From positions 37,698,001-37,762,000 of the forward strand of contig NC_087436.1 of NCBI RefSeq assembly GCF_036321535.1: a stretch of DNA of 64,000 nucleotides. Reading direction: 5' to 3'. The position numbers and the translations under genes are program-made. Under the pieces are notes generated by a model. It saw nothing but the letters and a program-made list of their open reading frames with translations, made no database searches and was not told the DNA's origin. Origin of the DNA: Camelus dromedarius. Lineage: Eukaryota. Below are positions 1 through 12,155 of the stretch, piece after piece. Each line of letters starts with the position of its first letter. The stretch's first letter is position 1.

Positions 1-51
1 AGTGAAAGTTGACTATCATGAGCATCATCGTGGAGAATAGACAGAGATTCT

Positions 52-80
52 GAAAAAAAAAATATATATATATATATATA
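52..80. repeat. (A)n(TA)n microsatellite
   Basis: A-run followed by a TA dinucleotide run, read directly. Confidence 0.9.
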
Positions 81-253
81 TTTTCTGGCACATATATATA
101 TGTGCCAGAAAATCAGAAAGAAGAAAATTATTCAATGATGGAAGTAGCATTAAAAGTGAAATTCTACCTTGGGCGTGCATTTGAAGTGACTGCAGAGGAA
201 TTCGTATGATGTGGCGACTCTTAGGTCACCCATGTGCTTATCTTATGACATAG

Positions 254-373
254 GCTCTGCAGGATGCCTTGAAAATGGAGTGCTCTTCACCTTCTGAGGA
301 CTGTTTGGGGAAGTCTGAAGCGGAGTGCAGCCGTGAGGAGATGCGGACAGAAATGGAGGTCCTCAAACAGCAG
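254..373 (+). CDS. TNIP3: TNIP3 (ABIN-3) internal coding exon, ALQDALKMECSSPSEDCLGKSEAECSREEMRTEMEVLKQQ
   Basis: Acceptor catag|GCT at 251-253 and donor CAG|gtgaga at 374; 120 nt, phase 0/0. Peptide resembles recalled human TNIP3 ALQDAL...EEMRTEMEVLKQQ. Confidence 0.92.
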
Positions 374-3261
374 GTGAGAAGTTGAAAGTGGCACGACCAT
401 GTGGAGAATTTAGTGCTTATTGTTCATCCTCCTTTAGACGTTTTTGGAAGTCTTGTTCAAAATGTGTTGAAAGCTTTTGCATGTATTTTAATTAGGATTA
501 CCTAATTTTAAAACTTTATGGGAAAATACAGATCAGCTAGTCCAACACTCACACACACAGCAAAAGAGAAAATTGAGTTTCAGACGGGTTCAGTGGCTTG
601 TCCAAGATCGCACTCTTAAAAGATGAGCGTGCTAATTAACCTTTTGGTGAGATTCTATTAGCACTGGGTCTAGAGAGTTTCATGGAGACGTGATTCATTT
701 TGAAGACACTATGAACCCAAACTCTGTACCTTCTCAGAAGATGGTAGCAGCGGGCTGTTATTCTGTAGCTGCAAGCCTCCAGGCTTTTGAACAAAGAGGG
801 CAGTTTTAAAGGGAATACTCTGCACGGATCGTAGCCGCTGAAGAGCCAGACCTGTTCATCTAGCCCCACACGAGGACAGCACCTAGGAATTTACTGATGC
901 ACAATGGTGTCCTCTTTCCCGCTTACCCAGCTTCACTCCCTGTTGCCAAGTGCACAGCAAGAGTAAAGGATGCCCTCCCTAAGCTCCTGTGTGTAACAGC
1001 AGCACACGGCTGTGGGATATGGCATGGCCTAACCTACCTGAGTCTAAATTGAGCTCAGCCAGTTGGAGCTAACTTAGCTGAGCGGCCACCCATGCGCATC
1101 ACATCTCCTTTCCTATGAGAGGTTAAATAAACTAGTACAGGTAAAGGGCTGGAACAGTTTGTGGTGATACGGATGAATACAAAGAGATCAAGGAATTCCA
1201 ATCCCTGGAACACACACTGTCAACAGTACATTTGCAATGGGGGAGAAGATTTCATAGGACAAAGAGCCATTGTTTTTCTGCTGCTCCTGGGTATGACTTA
1301 TTGGCTGTTTTGCGCTAAGCAAGTGCCAGTTACAAGGATCCTTGATGCGATACATGGAAGAATTGAGCAACTCTGATTTTGTTGATATTGTTGTTTTTAT
1401 TTGCTTTATTGTTATTACTTTATAGGAACTAGCCTATCTATAAGCCTAAAAAAAAAAAAAATCAGAGCATGTGATGGTAAAGTTGGATTTTCTCTTCTGT
1501 CAACCCCATTTGGATAATCTGCTTCAATACATCCAGGATCAAATATATAGCTTAAAAACAAACCCATGAAGGGAATAAGGGTAATATTCAGAGTGCTAAA
1601 ACTCTGGCAAATTCTCAACCCCAAAGGTACCATTGGCGCTAGCCAGGATTCCTCTGAAAAAAGTGCTGCTTATGTTCAGACACTTGAACCATCTTCAGTG
1701 CTCTCATCTAATGTTCACCACGTGCAAGAGAGCTGCTCTTGAGCAGGGAGTTTACAGTAATGGTACAGTTCGTATTTGACACAGACAATGACAGGTATTC
1801 TTTTATTCATAATCCCCAAGAGTAGACCAGAATCCTTCTCCTTATTTTTTGTGTGGCTCTTTTGCTAACTTTCTGCTTTCACATTTTAACTGTGCACATT
1901 TCTGATCAGGTACCCACAGTCATTACATTACCAAGTGCTGTGTGGAACCCTAAAGGATTGAAATCCACAAAGGAACTGAGCTCAAATCTTGGCCACCTAA
2001 GTGCTGACATTGCTGTCAGTGCTGTATTTGATAAAGACTGCTCAGTTGTAATCACTTGATCTTCATCCCCTTCAAATGCCTCTGGTAATTATTCACTGAT
2101 CATTGGTTTAACTCTCTCTGTATCTGAACCTCAGCTCTCAACAAAAACAAATAAACAAAAAAACCCAAAAAACCAACTCCAGAACAAAATGTCAGCTTGA
2201 CTGGGTTTAGTTCCCTTGCAACACTTCTGGTGAATAAAGCCTTAAAATTAAATATGCATATCTGCAGCTAGATCCATATATAATGTTTAACTTCTTCCTC
2301 TCTTGCCTACTACATTTAGTTCTGTTATTATTGACTTAAAATTGATAAACCTCTAGTTAAAGGTTATTTCACTGTTGGTGATGATGATGCAATTCACATT
2401 AACATTACTAAACAAAAATCTAGCTACTAGGTTCCCATGTAAGTTGTAATTTACATCTGGTTTTAGAGGAATTCCTTTGCTTCATTCCTTAAGCTTCATT
2501 TGTTTTCATAACTCTGTATTCTAGTCTCTAGCCATCGGTCAACACGATGCCGATTAAAACAACAATAATTAAATATGGAGTTTTTTTTGTTTGATTACTT
2601 TTCTGGACTATTTGGAGTACCTCTCGAGAGGCATTCCAGCTGAAATGTTACTCTTTTTTATGATGTACCCCCACAATACTTCTAAAGGGCAACTCTGGTC
2701 AATACCTTTCAACAAGCATTGTTTGCTTTCCTACATACATGAGCCTTTCATTTCTATTTTGTGCTCAACATAATGTATATTTAGAAACTTTGGCATGTCA
2801 ATATTTAGTGACATCACTTAACAGCTATTGTCAGTAAACTGTCTTTAGACCCTCAAGCAGTAATTTGTACATCAAAGTCTTGTCATAGGGGTGGATGATT
2901 TGCTCCAAAACAGTGACACTTAACATTTGGAGTGACCAGGGGGAGGCCAGGTGTCATCACAATAATGAAATTGAATAATGGGTAAGGGGACTTTCTTTCA
3001 AAATATCCATATTATTACTTTACTTTTGAATTCCTGTTATATGCCCAAGGAGGAAAAAGTGAGAGCTGCCATTCTAAACAAAGTGAAAGATAAAATTATA
3101 GTCCTATGTATCAAGATGGAGTCCTACCATGAAGAAATATTCATGAAAAGAGGTTAGAAATGTCTCAGACTGGACAGACCCAGATAGCACCCCTTCTGAA
3201 ATCATTTAAATGGCTTAAGAGAAAAGGAAACTAACAGTAACAGCAAGTTACTATTTCCTAG

Positions 3262-3387
3262 GTGCAAATATATGAAGAAGACTTCAAAAAGGAGCGATCA
3301 GACCGAGAAAGACTTAATCAAGAAAAGGAAGAGCTACAACAAATTAATCAAACTTCTCAATCCCAGTTGAATAAGCTGAATTCTCAG
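3262..3387 (+). CDS. TNIP3: TNIP3 coding exon with UBAN/AHD2 core, VQIYEEDFKKERSDRERLNQEKEELQQINQTSQSQLNKLNSQ
   Basis: tttcctag|GTG acceptor and CAG|gtataa donor; 126 nt. Contains the DFxxER ubiquitin-binding motif shared by ABIN, NEMO and OPTN. Confidence 0.95.
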
Positions 3388-5164
3388 GTATAAGTCAAAG
3401 CAATCTTTACCAGCACATGTGTATTTTATTTTTATTTTCTCACTTTAAAAAAATCAAGACTTTTTGGCCTCCATTAATTGATGGATTTTTTTTTGAGAAG
3501 TTAGCACCTGGGATGAAATCATTCTTAAACAATCTTGTAAGGAGATGAAAATGACTGGGCATTTCTTTTAACATAAATATATTAAAGACTTACCCAAGAG
3601 ATTGGATTCCAAAGTCTTGATAAAATTCAGTTCTTTTGATCTTTTTCTCATAATATTTATTCTGGTAGAATGGGAGTTGAACTACCTAGCACTCAGATTC
3701 AAAGCTGAAACACTCTAGTACAGTGAAGTTGTTTCTATATTCTTGTCATTTTCTTTGAAGGGCTGTGGTGTAATGTTCCTGTCTCCAAAAACATACATAT
3801 TTCTTAATGTCATTTATATATCTAGTGAAACCAAGAATTTTGTTCAGTAGGTTCCTAGATTTAATGTAACTGGAGCATTCTCAAGAAAGCCAGATAATGG
3901 TAACCAGTTTATTGGAACCGAATATATTCAATGCAAGCATATTGAAGTTAAGTGTAATAGAATATATATAAAAGTAGACTCAGGAAGTTGCTGTGATGGG
4001 TAAATCTTGATGTTAATGAGAGAACTGTAGCTAACACAATTTTAGCTTCAGAAAAGAAAATGAACCACAAAATTTTTAGTTTGCAAAATTATGCAATGCT
4101 TTTCAATAAATCAGAAATCATTATGGTACATGCTCTAACAGCTCTGCAGCTTCAAGGTTCTTAATCTTAGGAGAAATGTTAACTACTTGTCATCCTCTTC
4201 TTCCTAATAACAGATTGTGAATTAAATTTAGTTTCTTCTTTGACATCTTTTTCAAGGACTAAATTGAAATTCCTAACTTTACATGGGAAATTATTTAGCA
4301 GAACCATTTCCTTTCTAAGAAATTAGAAGGAATAAGATAGTGGTAAAATATAATACAATGATTTTCTGAAAATAATTCATGCAACCTACTTTACACAACA
4401 ATGGTTGAAAAAACATTCTGATTGCTCTTGGCGAGGAAAATTACCTCTCAATTTTTATGTCTTACATGCAGAGTTGCCCTAATTTCTTCTAAGTTGTCAC
4501 CACACAAACTATTTTACTTCCTGCCAAATTTTAATTTTATTCATTCTGTTACAGTAAGTTCAGATTGATGACAAATATTTGTCTAGATTGGCAATGTTCT
4601 TGCCATTATAAAAGTTCTAGTATTGCTGGAAACACACAACCCTCTATGTATGTTATAGACCATCATCCACAATAATTTTCATTCCTGTGTCATCTGTAAA
4701 GTAATTTTTGATTAATTTCAACAAAATTAATGTATTGTCTAATTACAATATGGTATAATTGTGCTTATGAACTAAGGGAAGATCTTAGTGGTATGTTAAA
4801 AATATCAAATTTTTCTTTATAATGATAGTCCAAGCATTTATTGTTCAACAGTCTCATTCACTCAGATAGAAAGATGATAGAGTTCATAGGATGTACCAGT
4901 CAGTTTAACAATCTACGTTAAATGTAGTAATAACAGATTAAATGCCATGATTTAAAGAATTGGCATTGCTTTATTTGAATAGTATATTCACTGTGGTCCA
5001 AATGGACCATCTGACCAAAAAGGAATTTTTAGGTCAGTCCGGCACTAGTTGTTCCTATCACTGAGGAATTTTTAAGCCAATGACTGGTAAAATAGTCGGT
5101 GTGGTGAAGTGAAAGACACTTAGAAGAAATTTAAGGATAAAAGTCTGTTCATGCCTGCTTTGAC

Positions 5165-5450
5165 AATCAGTGAGCACCTCGAGCAAATATTCAACTTTTC
5201 TGTCCTTCCTTTTCTTCATCTGCAAAATGGCAAAGTTGGGCTATATGATCTCTAAAATGTTTCTTATGACTCTGAAGCCTCTGTCTCTAAAAATGTTGCT
5301 TAACCTCTCTCAGTATACTCACCTGTAAAATATAGATGATGATACATACCTCATAACTTCACAAAGTTGTTCTCAGGGTTAAGTGAAAAAAATCATTACA
5401 AAAGCATGTAGCTAAAGGCATGGCTCATAGGTATTTCATAAATAGCCTAT
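5165..5450 (+). mobile_element. MIR SINE fragments
   Basis: Degenerate MIR core: 'tttcttcatctgcaaaatgg' and 'cttaacctctctcag...cacctgtaaaat'. Confidence 0.55.
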
Positions 5451-5626
5451 TGAAAGGGGAATTTTTAATAGTTTCATTTAGTTGTATAATTAGCATGCCA
5501 CATTCAATGCCTCATAATCTAGTTTTGATCCTTGCTTTCTGCAAAGCAGTCAGCTTTATGCTGTAAGGGAATTAAAAAATGATCCATGCTGTTAAAAGAC
5601 TCACAATATAATGAGGGGGACATGTA

Positions 5627-6263
5627 TAGTCCATCCATTTGCAGATTTCATTTTTGCAAGTTTGCCTACTCCCTAAGATATATTTGTCACCCCCAAATCA
5701 ACTCCTGTGCCACCTTCAAGGTCATTTGTGAACTTGCATAGAGCAGCAAAAAACTTGTTTCCTGAAACACTTGTTCCCAGTTGAGGTCCACAAGGTGATG
5801 CTTGTTTCAGTCCTCATCCTGTAAGAAGCGTCTTTTTCATGGACTATTTAGTGCCACATTTTCCCCATTTTTGTGCTTTTTGTTGGTGATATCATTTTTT
5901 AAAGTGGCCCCCAAGCATCGTGCCAAAGCGCCCTCTCATGTTCCCGAGCACAGGAAGGCTGTCACGTGCTTTACAGAGAAAAGAAACATGTCCGATAAGC
6001 TTCATTTAGAGATGAATATAGTGCTGTTGGCCATGAGTTCAATATTAATGGATCTAGAATATTCATCAAATAAGGTGACTTTAACAGAAATTCACATAGA
6101 ACAAGATAATGTATTAATCAGTTAACAAAAATGGCATGACCAGGGGCTGGTAGGAACCCAAGCCTGCATTTCCCTGGGAGTCATGCATGGTTCAGTATTT
6201 GCTATTTAAGTGTTCATAGTGACTTTATAGAACATAACTGATGCAAATGATGAGAATTGACTG
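5627..6263 (+). mobile_element. MER82-like TcMar-Tigger non-autonomous DNA transposon
   Basis: Termini tagtccatcc... and ...gagaattgactg; internal 'aaagtggcccccaagcatcgtg...aggaaggctgtcacgtg' resembles the recalled MER82 consensus; ~640 bp. Confidence 0.75.
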
Positions 6264-6559
6264 TCCCTAGTACACATTGGACCTGAAAAGTCATATAGTA
6301 AATGTAAAATGCTAAATGGGAGGACCAAGGAAGGAGAGAATAATTCTGTAGGTGGGACTTGGAAGAATATCATACAGTAGGAGACATTTGACCATGCTTC
6401 ACAGGGATGTGGAGCATTGAGTGTAGGGTTGACAATGGCATGACTCAAGAGTCCAAGAAAAACCAGCTTTCCCTTGCTATGCCAGATGTTGGGGGAACTC
6501 CAGGTAGGTGACTCTGCTAGTTAAGGTTGGGCTTTAAATAGTGTGAAGCATGAAGTATA

Positions 6560-6725
6560 GCAGTGTGACTTTGAACAAGTTACTCAGCATCTCATGCCTC
6601 AGTGTCCTCCCCTGTAAATAGGAATAACAATGTTACATATCACATAGGGGTACTGGGAGAATTGAAGGTGAGTTATTAAGCGTAAAGCACTTAGATCGGT
6701 GTCTGGCATGTATTAAGTGCATATG
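6560..6725 (+). mobile_element. MIR SINE
   Basis: 'gtgtgactttgaacaagttact...gcctcagtgtcctcccctgtaaatagg...gtaaagcacttag' MIR core and tail. Confidence 0.75.
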
Positions 6726-7114
6726 CAACTTCTAAAATTTATTGTGGAAGCCTCTGAATGTGCCACTGATCAATCCCAATTACATTCAGTAAGCAGTAGA
6801 TGCTGTTTCTATATTAATATCTATGTCTATATCTTTATATAGCTAAATAGATCAACCTAAAACTGAGAGTTACAATGGCACCAACAAATTGGAATAACAA
6901 TTTTTAGCCAGCAAGCTTTCCAGACTTCATTTGGGAATGTCAAGGTAGAACCAATGTGTGTCTGGAAAATCCAAAACTCAACTCTTCATTGGCATTACTG
7001 TTATCAGTGCCTCACCCTTGGGCTTCTGAGCAGGTCACCGCGAGCTAGGTTAAGAATAGCTTTAGGACACTTGAGCTCTTTCTGATACACAAATGCCTTT
7101 GTTTTCTTCCACAG

Positions 7115-7165
7115 ATCAAAGCTTGTCAGATGGAGAAAGAAAAACTAGAAAGGCAATTAAAACAG
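7115..7165 (+). CDS. TNIP3: TNIP3 coding exon, IKACQMEKEKLERQLKQ
   Basis: Polypyrimidine tract ttttcttccacag|ATC and donor CAG|gtatgt; 51 nt, in frame with the neighbouring exons. Confidence 0.95.
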
Positions 7166-8065
7166 GTATGTTGATCCTTAGAGTCATCAACCCTCTTGTC
7201 ACGTTTGAAATACCAACTTTAGGTTTTACTCACACATTTATTCCCGAGGACAGCAGTTTCTAACGGATTCAATTAAAGGCATATTCAAGCTCTGCTACAG
7301 ATTGGCCTAAGAACAATCCATGTTTTTCATGGTCAACTGAAACGTCAGTGGAGAGATAATGCTTAAGTATCACCAAGGTCTCTCAACCCTAATGCTCATG
7401 AAAAACACACGCTTTACAGAACATGTTACCAGGAGCACAAGCTTTAGTGTATGTTCGTGTGAATGGAAATTTCTTCATAGACCCACAAACACCTAGGAAA
7501 TACATTTCCTTGGTGTTTCTTGAAGTTGCTCAACCAGTTGACAATGGAAAACTACACCAAAGACTTGTGCCTTCTTTTGAGAAAGCAGAGTATCTTCTTG
7601 GGCATTGAAGCCTTCTACCTTGTTCTCTAGTAGCCTTAAGGAATGAATATTATTTCTCTTAATTCCTAATTTCCTCTCTGGACTTTAGTTATGCCAGAAG
7701 GGTCTCTGGCTGCAGTTTAAGAAAATGTATTTTTTGGCTTAATGGCTGGTTTTTCTTAAGCAAGGACACCCTGGGAAGATAACTGAGAAACATAAAGTTC
7801 ACTCTCGACACCTTTCCAGGGTTTTTAACTTCTTCAACACAGAAAAATTACTAAGGTTTTACCTTAAGGAGAATTTGGCCTGGGAGCTTCACTGGTATCC
7901 ATCCACAGTCTACACTGACAGGTCTCCTCTCTTGACTCACGATTATGCCAGATTTAGGCTAAGCCTTAAGATTTAAACCAAACCTTGTGGTTGTATAAAG
8001 TGAGTGTCAGTGTGACTTTGCAATCTCACCCACTCCCGGTGAACCGGCAGCACCATTCTCCTCAG

Positions 8066-8164
8066 ATGTATTTCCCAACCTGTAACTGCGGCTTGAAGCT
8101 CCCTGTGTGGGATCCACGTGGACCGGAAGTTCCTGGGGCCATGCGGGATCTGCAGCAGCACCCA
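8066..8164 (+). CDS. TNIP3: TNIP3 coding exon, MYFPTCNCGLKLPVWDPRGPEVPGAMRDLQQHP
   Basis: ttctcctcag|ATG acceptor and CCA|gtaagt donor; 99 nt. Resembles recalled human MYCPPCNCGL...EHP. Confidence 0.9.
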
Positions 8165-8969
8165 GTAAGTAGAGCTCTCATCCAACAAACAATGGCTTAC
8201 GTCTCTAATGTGTGCTGCTGTTCTCTTTTGGTAGAAACAATGTCTGCCTCTGGAATTTTGACACATTATTTTATCTGCATAAAGAGCTCCTATTTATCTC
8301 AGCCTCTAATCTTCAGAGTTAACAATGGTCAATGTGCAATATAATTATCTTTGGGACACTGTATCCACAGGACATATAGATATGAATAAATTAACTGAAA
8401 GGCATCAAATTGAGCTAACATTCCCTGAATGAACGTATCGCATTTTATATGGGATTGTTTTTAATGACATACTGACTCTTCCAAAGGGACATGTCTGTGT
8501 ATAAAGCGAAGTGAATATAGCAAACCAGTCTGGGAGATGCCTTTTTAGTTGTAAACTTAATATTGAACTACTAAATTGCTACATCTGTGCAAAATAGTTT
8601 TTGACATTTTCCAATTGAAAGGATATTCTTTAAATGATCCAAGAAAAAGTGACCCACTTAAGTTGCTATGACTGCATCTACCCAGGCAAAATGAAATGAA
8701 GAGTGGAGCAATTATTTGTAAGTGGAATTGATCTGGACAATCAAACCGAGTAAGTCAGACTCAGCACCCTCCCCTTCCTTCTCAGTAGCAGCGTTCCACC
8801 CGCCCTCCCCGTGGTCTGGGTACTTGTCCCGACTTCCTAATTTGCCTACACAGACTCTTTAGGCACGAAGTAAATGACGCATTTTCCTGCATTTTGGATT
8901 AGCTCAGACAACCCCCTCCTCCTTAGTTGCTATTAGCTGTGTTTCTAATTATGCAAAGGATCTGGGATT

Positions 8970-9470
8970 TTAACTAGGGATTTTCCGAGAAGAGCACTTA
9001 GCTAGCGTGCATGGTTCTCGTTTGCCTGAAACTTTTCATACTTTTGCATTTGAGTGTGACTCAAAGCCCAAGGGAGGGCTTTCCCAAGGGAGGAGATAAT
9101 GACTCTTTGGGTGGCAGAAGGATTTTGGAGTTTAATGAGCATCTCTTATTTGACCCTGGTGTGACACGGCGCACAGCTGAGAGTTTGGTTCTTGTCATGT
9201 TGTTCTGGTTGCTACTTCTGTCTGCTCTCCCTCCTCCATTTCCTTTTCTTCTTTATCTGTTTGCTTAATTTTTACTCTGCACTAGAAACATTTCTGGGAA
9301 TCTCCAAATGCAGGACTCATTCCTTAGACTTTTTTTTTTTTTTTCAGAATGTAGAAGTAAATTTATATTGTGGGAAACATAAAAAGAGAGAAGTTTACTA
9401 AGGAGTTAGCACAGGTTGGAGAATTGGGGAAATATTCTTGTGAAAGCTTAACTATAAAACCAATGAGTCA
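8970..9470. promoter_or_regulatory. Candidate intronic inflammatory enhancer (NF-kB, STAT and AP-1 motifs)
   Basis: GGGATTTTCC 8977-8986 overlapping TTCCGAGAA 8983-8991; TTCTGGGAA 9292-9300 overlapping GGGAATCTCC 9296-9305; TGACTCA 9057-9063; TGAGTCA 9464-9470. Confidence 0.5.
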
Positions 9471-11026
9471 TTCAAGTTTATCTAGAAGCAAAAATGACTG
9501 TTTTCTTCAAATCTTCATTTGTGGAAAGAAGGCAGAAACTCACCTGCTATAAAAGCTCAACAAATTTTTCTATCAGTTATAAGAGACAAAACAGTCCAGA
9601 TCACATAAAATTGTCACCAAATAAAGGTCTGTATTGGAAAAGATTTTAAACCATTTATAATGGCTACATTTTCAGGCAGTATTCAGTTCAGTATGATGAT
9701 AGAATTTACAGAAACTCCCAGAGTTCACTTTAAAAGCATATTTCATGTTTCATGCTTATTTCTAAGGCTGTATTAAAGCACATGTGATGGTGTTTGCAAA
9801 ATTGTGGTATATTCACCTTCTTTTGGCAACTGTCCTGGAATAGAAAACTGAAGCTCACGTCACTTATCCTATGTGTTATTTGAGACATCTAAAAATAAAC
9901 AAGAAGATGAAAAACAGAAGTGATCTCACTTCCTCTTTGCGTTTTTTCATGCACCAAAAACAGCTAAGAGCCTAGGTGTCTGAGTGAGGGTCCAGTGGGG
10001 TCAGACTGTATAAATGCAGCATTTCTTAGTGTCTTGTCAGACAACTGAACTGTTGGGCTACTTTCTGTGGTCTGGCAGTCCTGTAAAATGTTCTCGATTG
10101 GCTCATTGCTGGAGAAATTTTTCCTGAGTTATTTTCAGGAGGTGATTGAATAACAGAACAAAAGGTCTGAATTCTCTGTGTCTTGGGGAGAGGTAGGAGG
10201 CAGGTGTAAGCCAGAGGACGGGGAGCAGGAAGACAGGAAGACCTTCCCACCTCCTGGGCAGGTAAAGCTGAAGTTGCTCTGTTCCAAGTAGTTTAATACA
10301 AAGATTCTGACCTTGGAACTCTGTTTTGAAATTCAAGTCTATAGCTTATGATTTGTTCAATGCAGTTCATTTTACATGTTTCTTGATGTTCAATATCTCA
10401 CAGTTCTTAACTGGTGTAAATCTAGGAGAAAATCCCAGGAGAAGACTTCAGGTCTGCCCGCTCTTCTGGCTGCCTCTCTAGTCTGAATTATCTGAGCAGT
10501 TTAGAGTAGTCTGCAGAGGAACAGATTTTCTTCACTTTAACATCCTGAGCCTCTGTTAGCTGTGTCCTCACATAATGGCTTAGATTTCTTCCTTGAACCA
10601 CCACAAAAAACATGAAACGTGTAAATTTTTGCCTGGGTCTTCCTGTTTCCTCCTGGGTGAGGCTTTTAAAAAGAGTCTTTGTTGCTGGTAAATTGTTTTG
10701 TTTTATTTATGGGCCATAGTAAGTTTTACAAGAGTGTTTATACTTCTGCACATATCGCAAACACATCTGTTTCCCAAAAAAGCCACAGTCCCGAAGAAGA
10801 AGAAATTCTGGCCAAACACAGAGTGGATTTAGGAGGGGAGGAGGGAGATGGTAGTAACGATGAGGGAGGTAAGAGAGGTGAGCAAGACTGGCAACAGGTT
10901 TCGATAGAAACTACTACTGTGTTGCCCATGTAACAAAAGCCACACATTTTGGTTATATTTTTAACGTGCCACTCTGTTTTGCTGGAAGCCCACCCTGCTA
11001 CAGTAACGTTTTATTGTCCCACACAG

Positions 11027-11087
11027 CCGGACTATCAGTGGTATGCTCCTGACCAGTTTCCGCCAGATGCGCAGCACAAGGCAAATG
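11027..11087 (+). CDS. TNIP3: TNIP3 penultimate coding exon, PDYQWYAPDQFPPDAQHKAN(G)
   Basis: cccacacag|CCG acceptor and ATG|gtaaga donor; 61 nt, ends in phase 1. Resembles recalled human PDYQWYALDQLPPDVQHKANG. Confidence 0.93.
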
Positions 11088-12019
11088 GTAAGACCACAGC
11101 TGTAGTGAGCATTCTTTCATGTTTACATTTCAATGGGATCTTTGGGGGGATGTTTACTCAACATCCATTCATTCTCTGGGAGTACCTACTCTAAAGCTAT
11201 GCTGCATACACAACTCTAATGTGATGCACCTGGGGTGAAACTGCACTCCTCTAGGAAAAGAGAATGTTGGAATGCAGACATGCGTGGATCTCAGTTCTGG
11301 CTTCTGCTCCTATGGCGGTCTCAGAGTCAGTATTCCATCTGGGGTTCGACATGAGAACTGCCAGCAGAGCCATACTGTAACAACAACAACAAAGCTCTGA
11401 AATTCTCCTACAAAGGACACATGCGCTGCCACTATTCCAGATTGGGTTTGCTAGACAGATGTTTTAAATGTCACTGGCAGACAGACAGAGGAAACCCAAG
11501 GCTCAGATCTGTGTTCCATAATGACTAAATGTCAGACTCCACATTTAGGCCAGAGTTGCCCACAATACCCACCTCGAAGTACTATGGGAAGAACTAAAAA
11601 GTCACCTACAAGGTACTCACAACTAAGAGTACTCTTCTGTCTTATTTTTCTTTGGTTTAACATTCTCCTCTCTCTTTCCAGAATGTGCTATCCTTTCTAC
11701 CACTTGTTTCTGTGGTCTCACGAGGCCACCCAGGAGTGTGCTATGTAAACTGGGCTATGATCATAATCCCACTTGTAGTCTCATCACGTATAGTCAAAAG
11801 TCGGCATTGTCTGCCACATGTTTAAAATCCATGTGACACATGCCTGTGATTCTAGGCTGTTCATTTCCAGAGATTGGAATCTATCGAGAAAAGCTGAAGA
11901 TGAGCCATATTCCAATTTCAGGCCATATACTTAAAATGTAATCTCATTTACTTCAGATCTGAGATCACAGAATTCTGGTTTTTAATGCAAGGGGTCCATT
12001 ATGGAGTGGAAGTAGGGAG

Positions 12020-12155
12020 CCACAGATACCACTTGTAGCTTTGCAGGTTGTGAACTTCACAAGTCCAAAGGGTCCTTCATGGTAGTTTATGTAAACAGAG
12101 CCTCCTAGAGTTGTGCAGTACACAACCTGGACAGCTGTACAGAGAACCATGGGGA
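12020..12155. mobile_element. MER91-like hAT-Tip100 MITE
   Basis: Imperfect inverted structure 'gcaggttgtgaacttcacaa...gttgtgcagtacacaacctg'. Confidence 0.45.

Noticed and set aside
5802..6125. 107-aa ORF with a transposase-like N-terminus
   Set aside because: Lies within the MER82-like non-autonomous element; a degraded relic.
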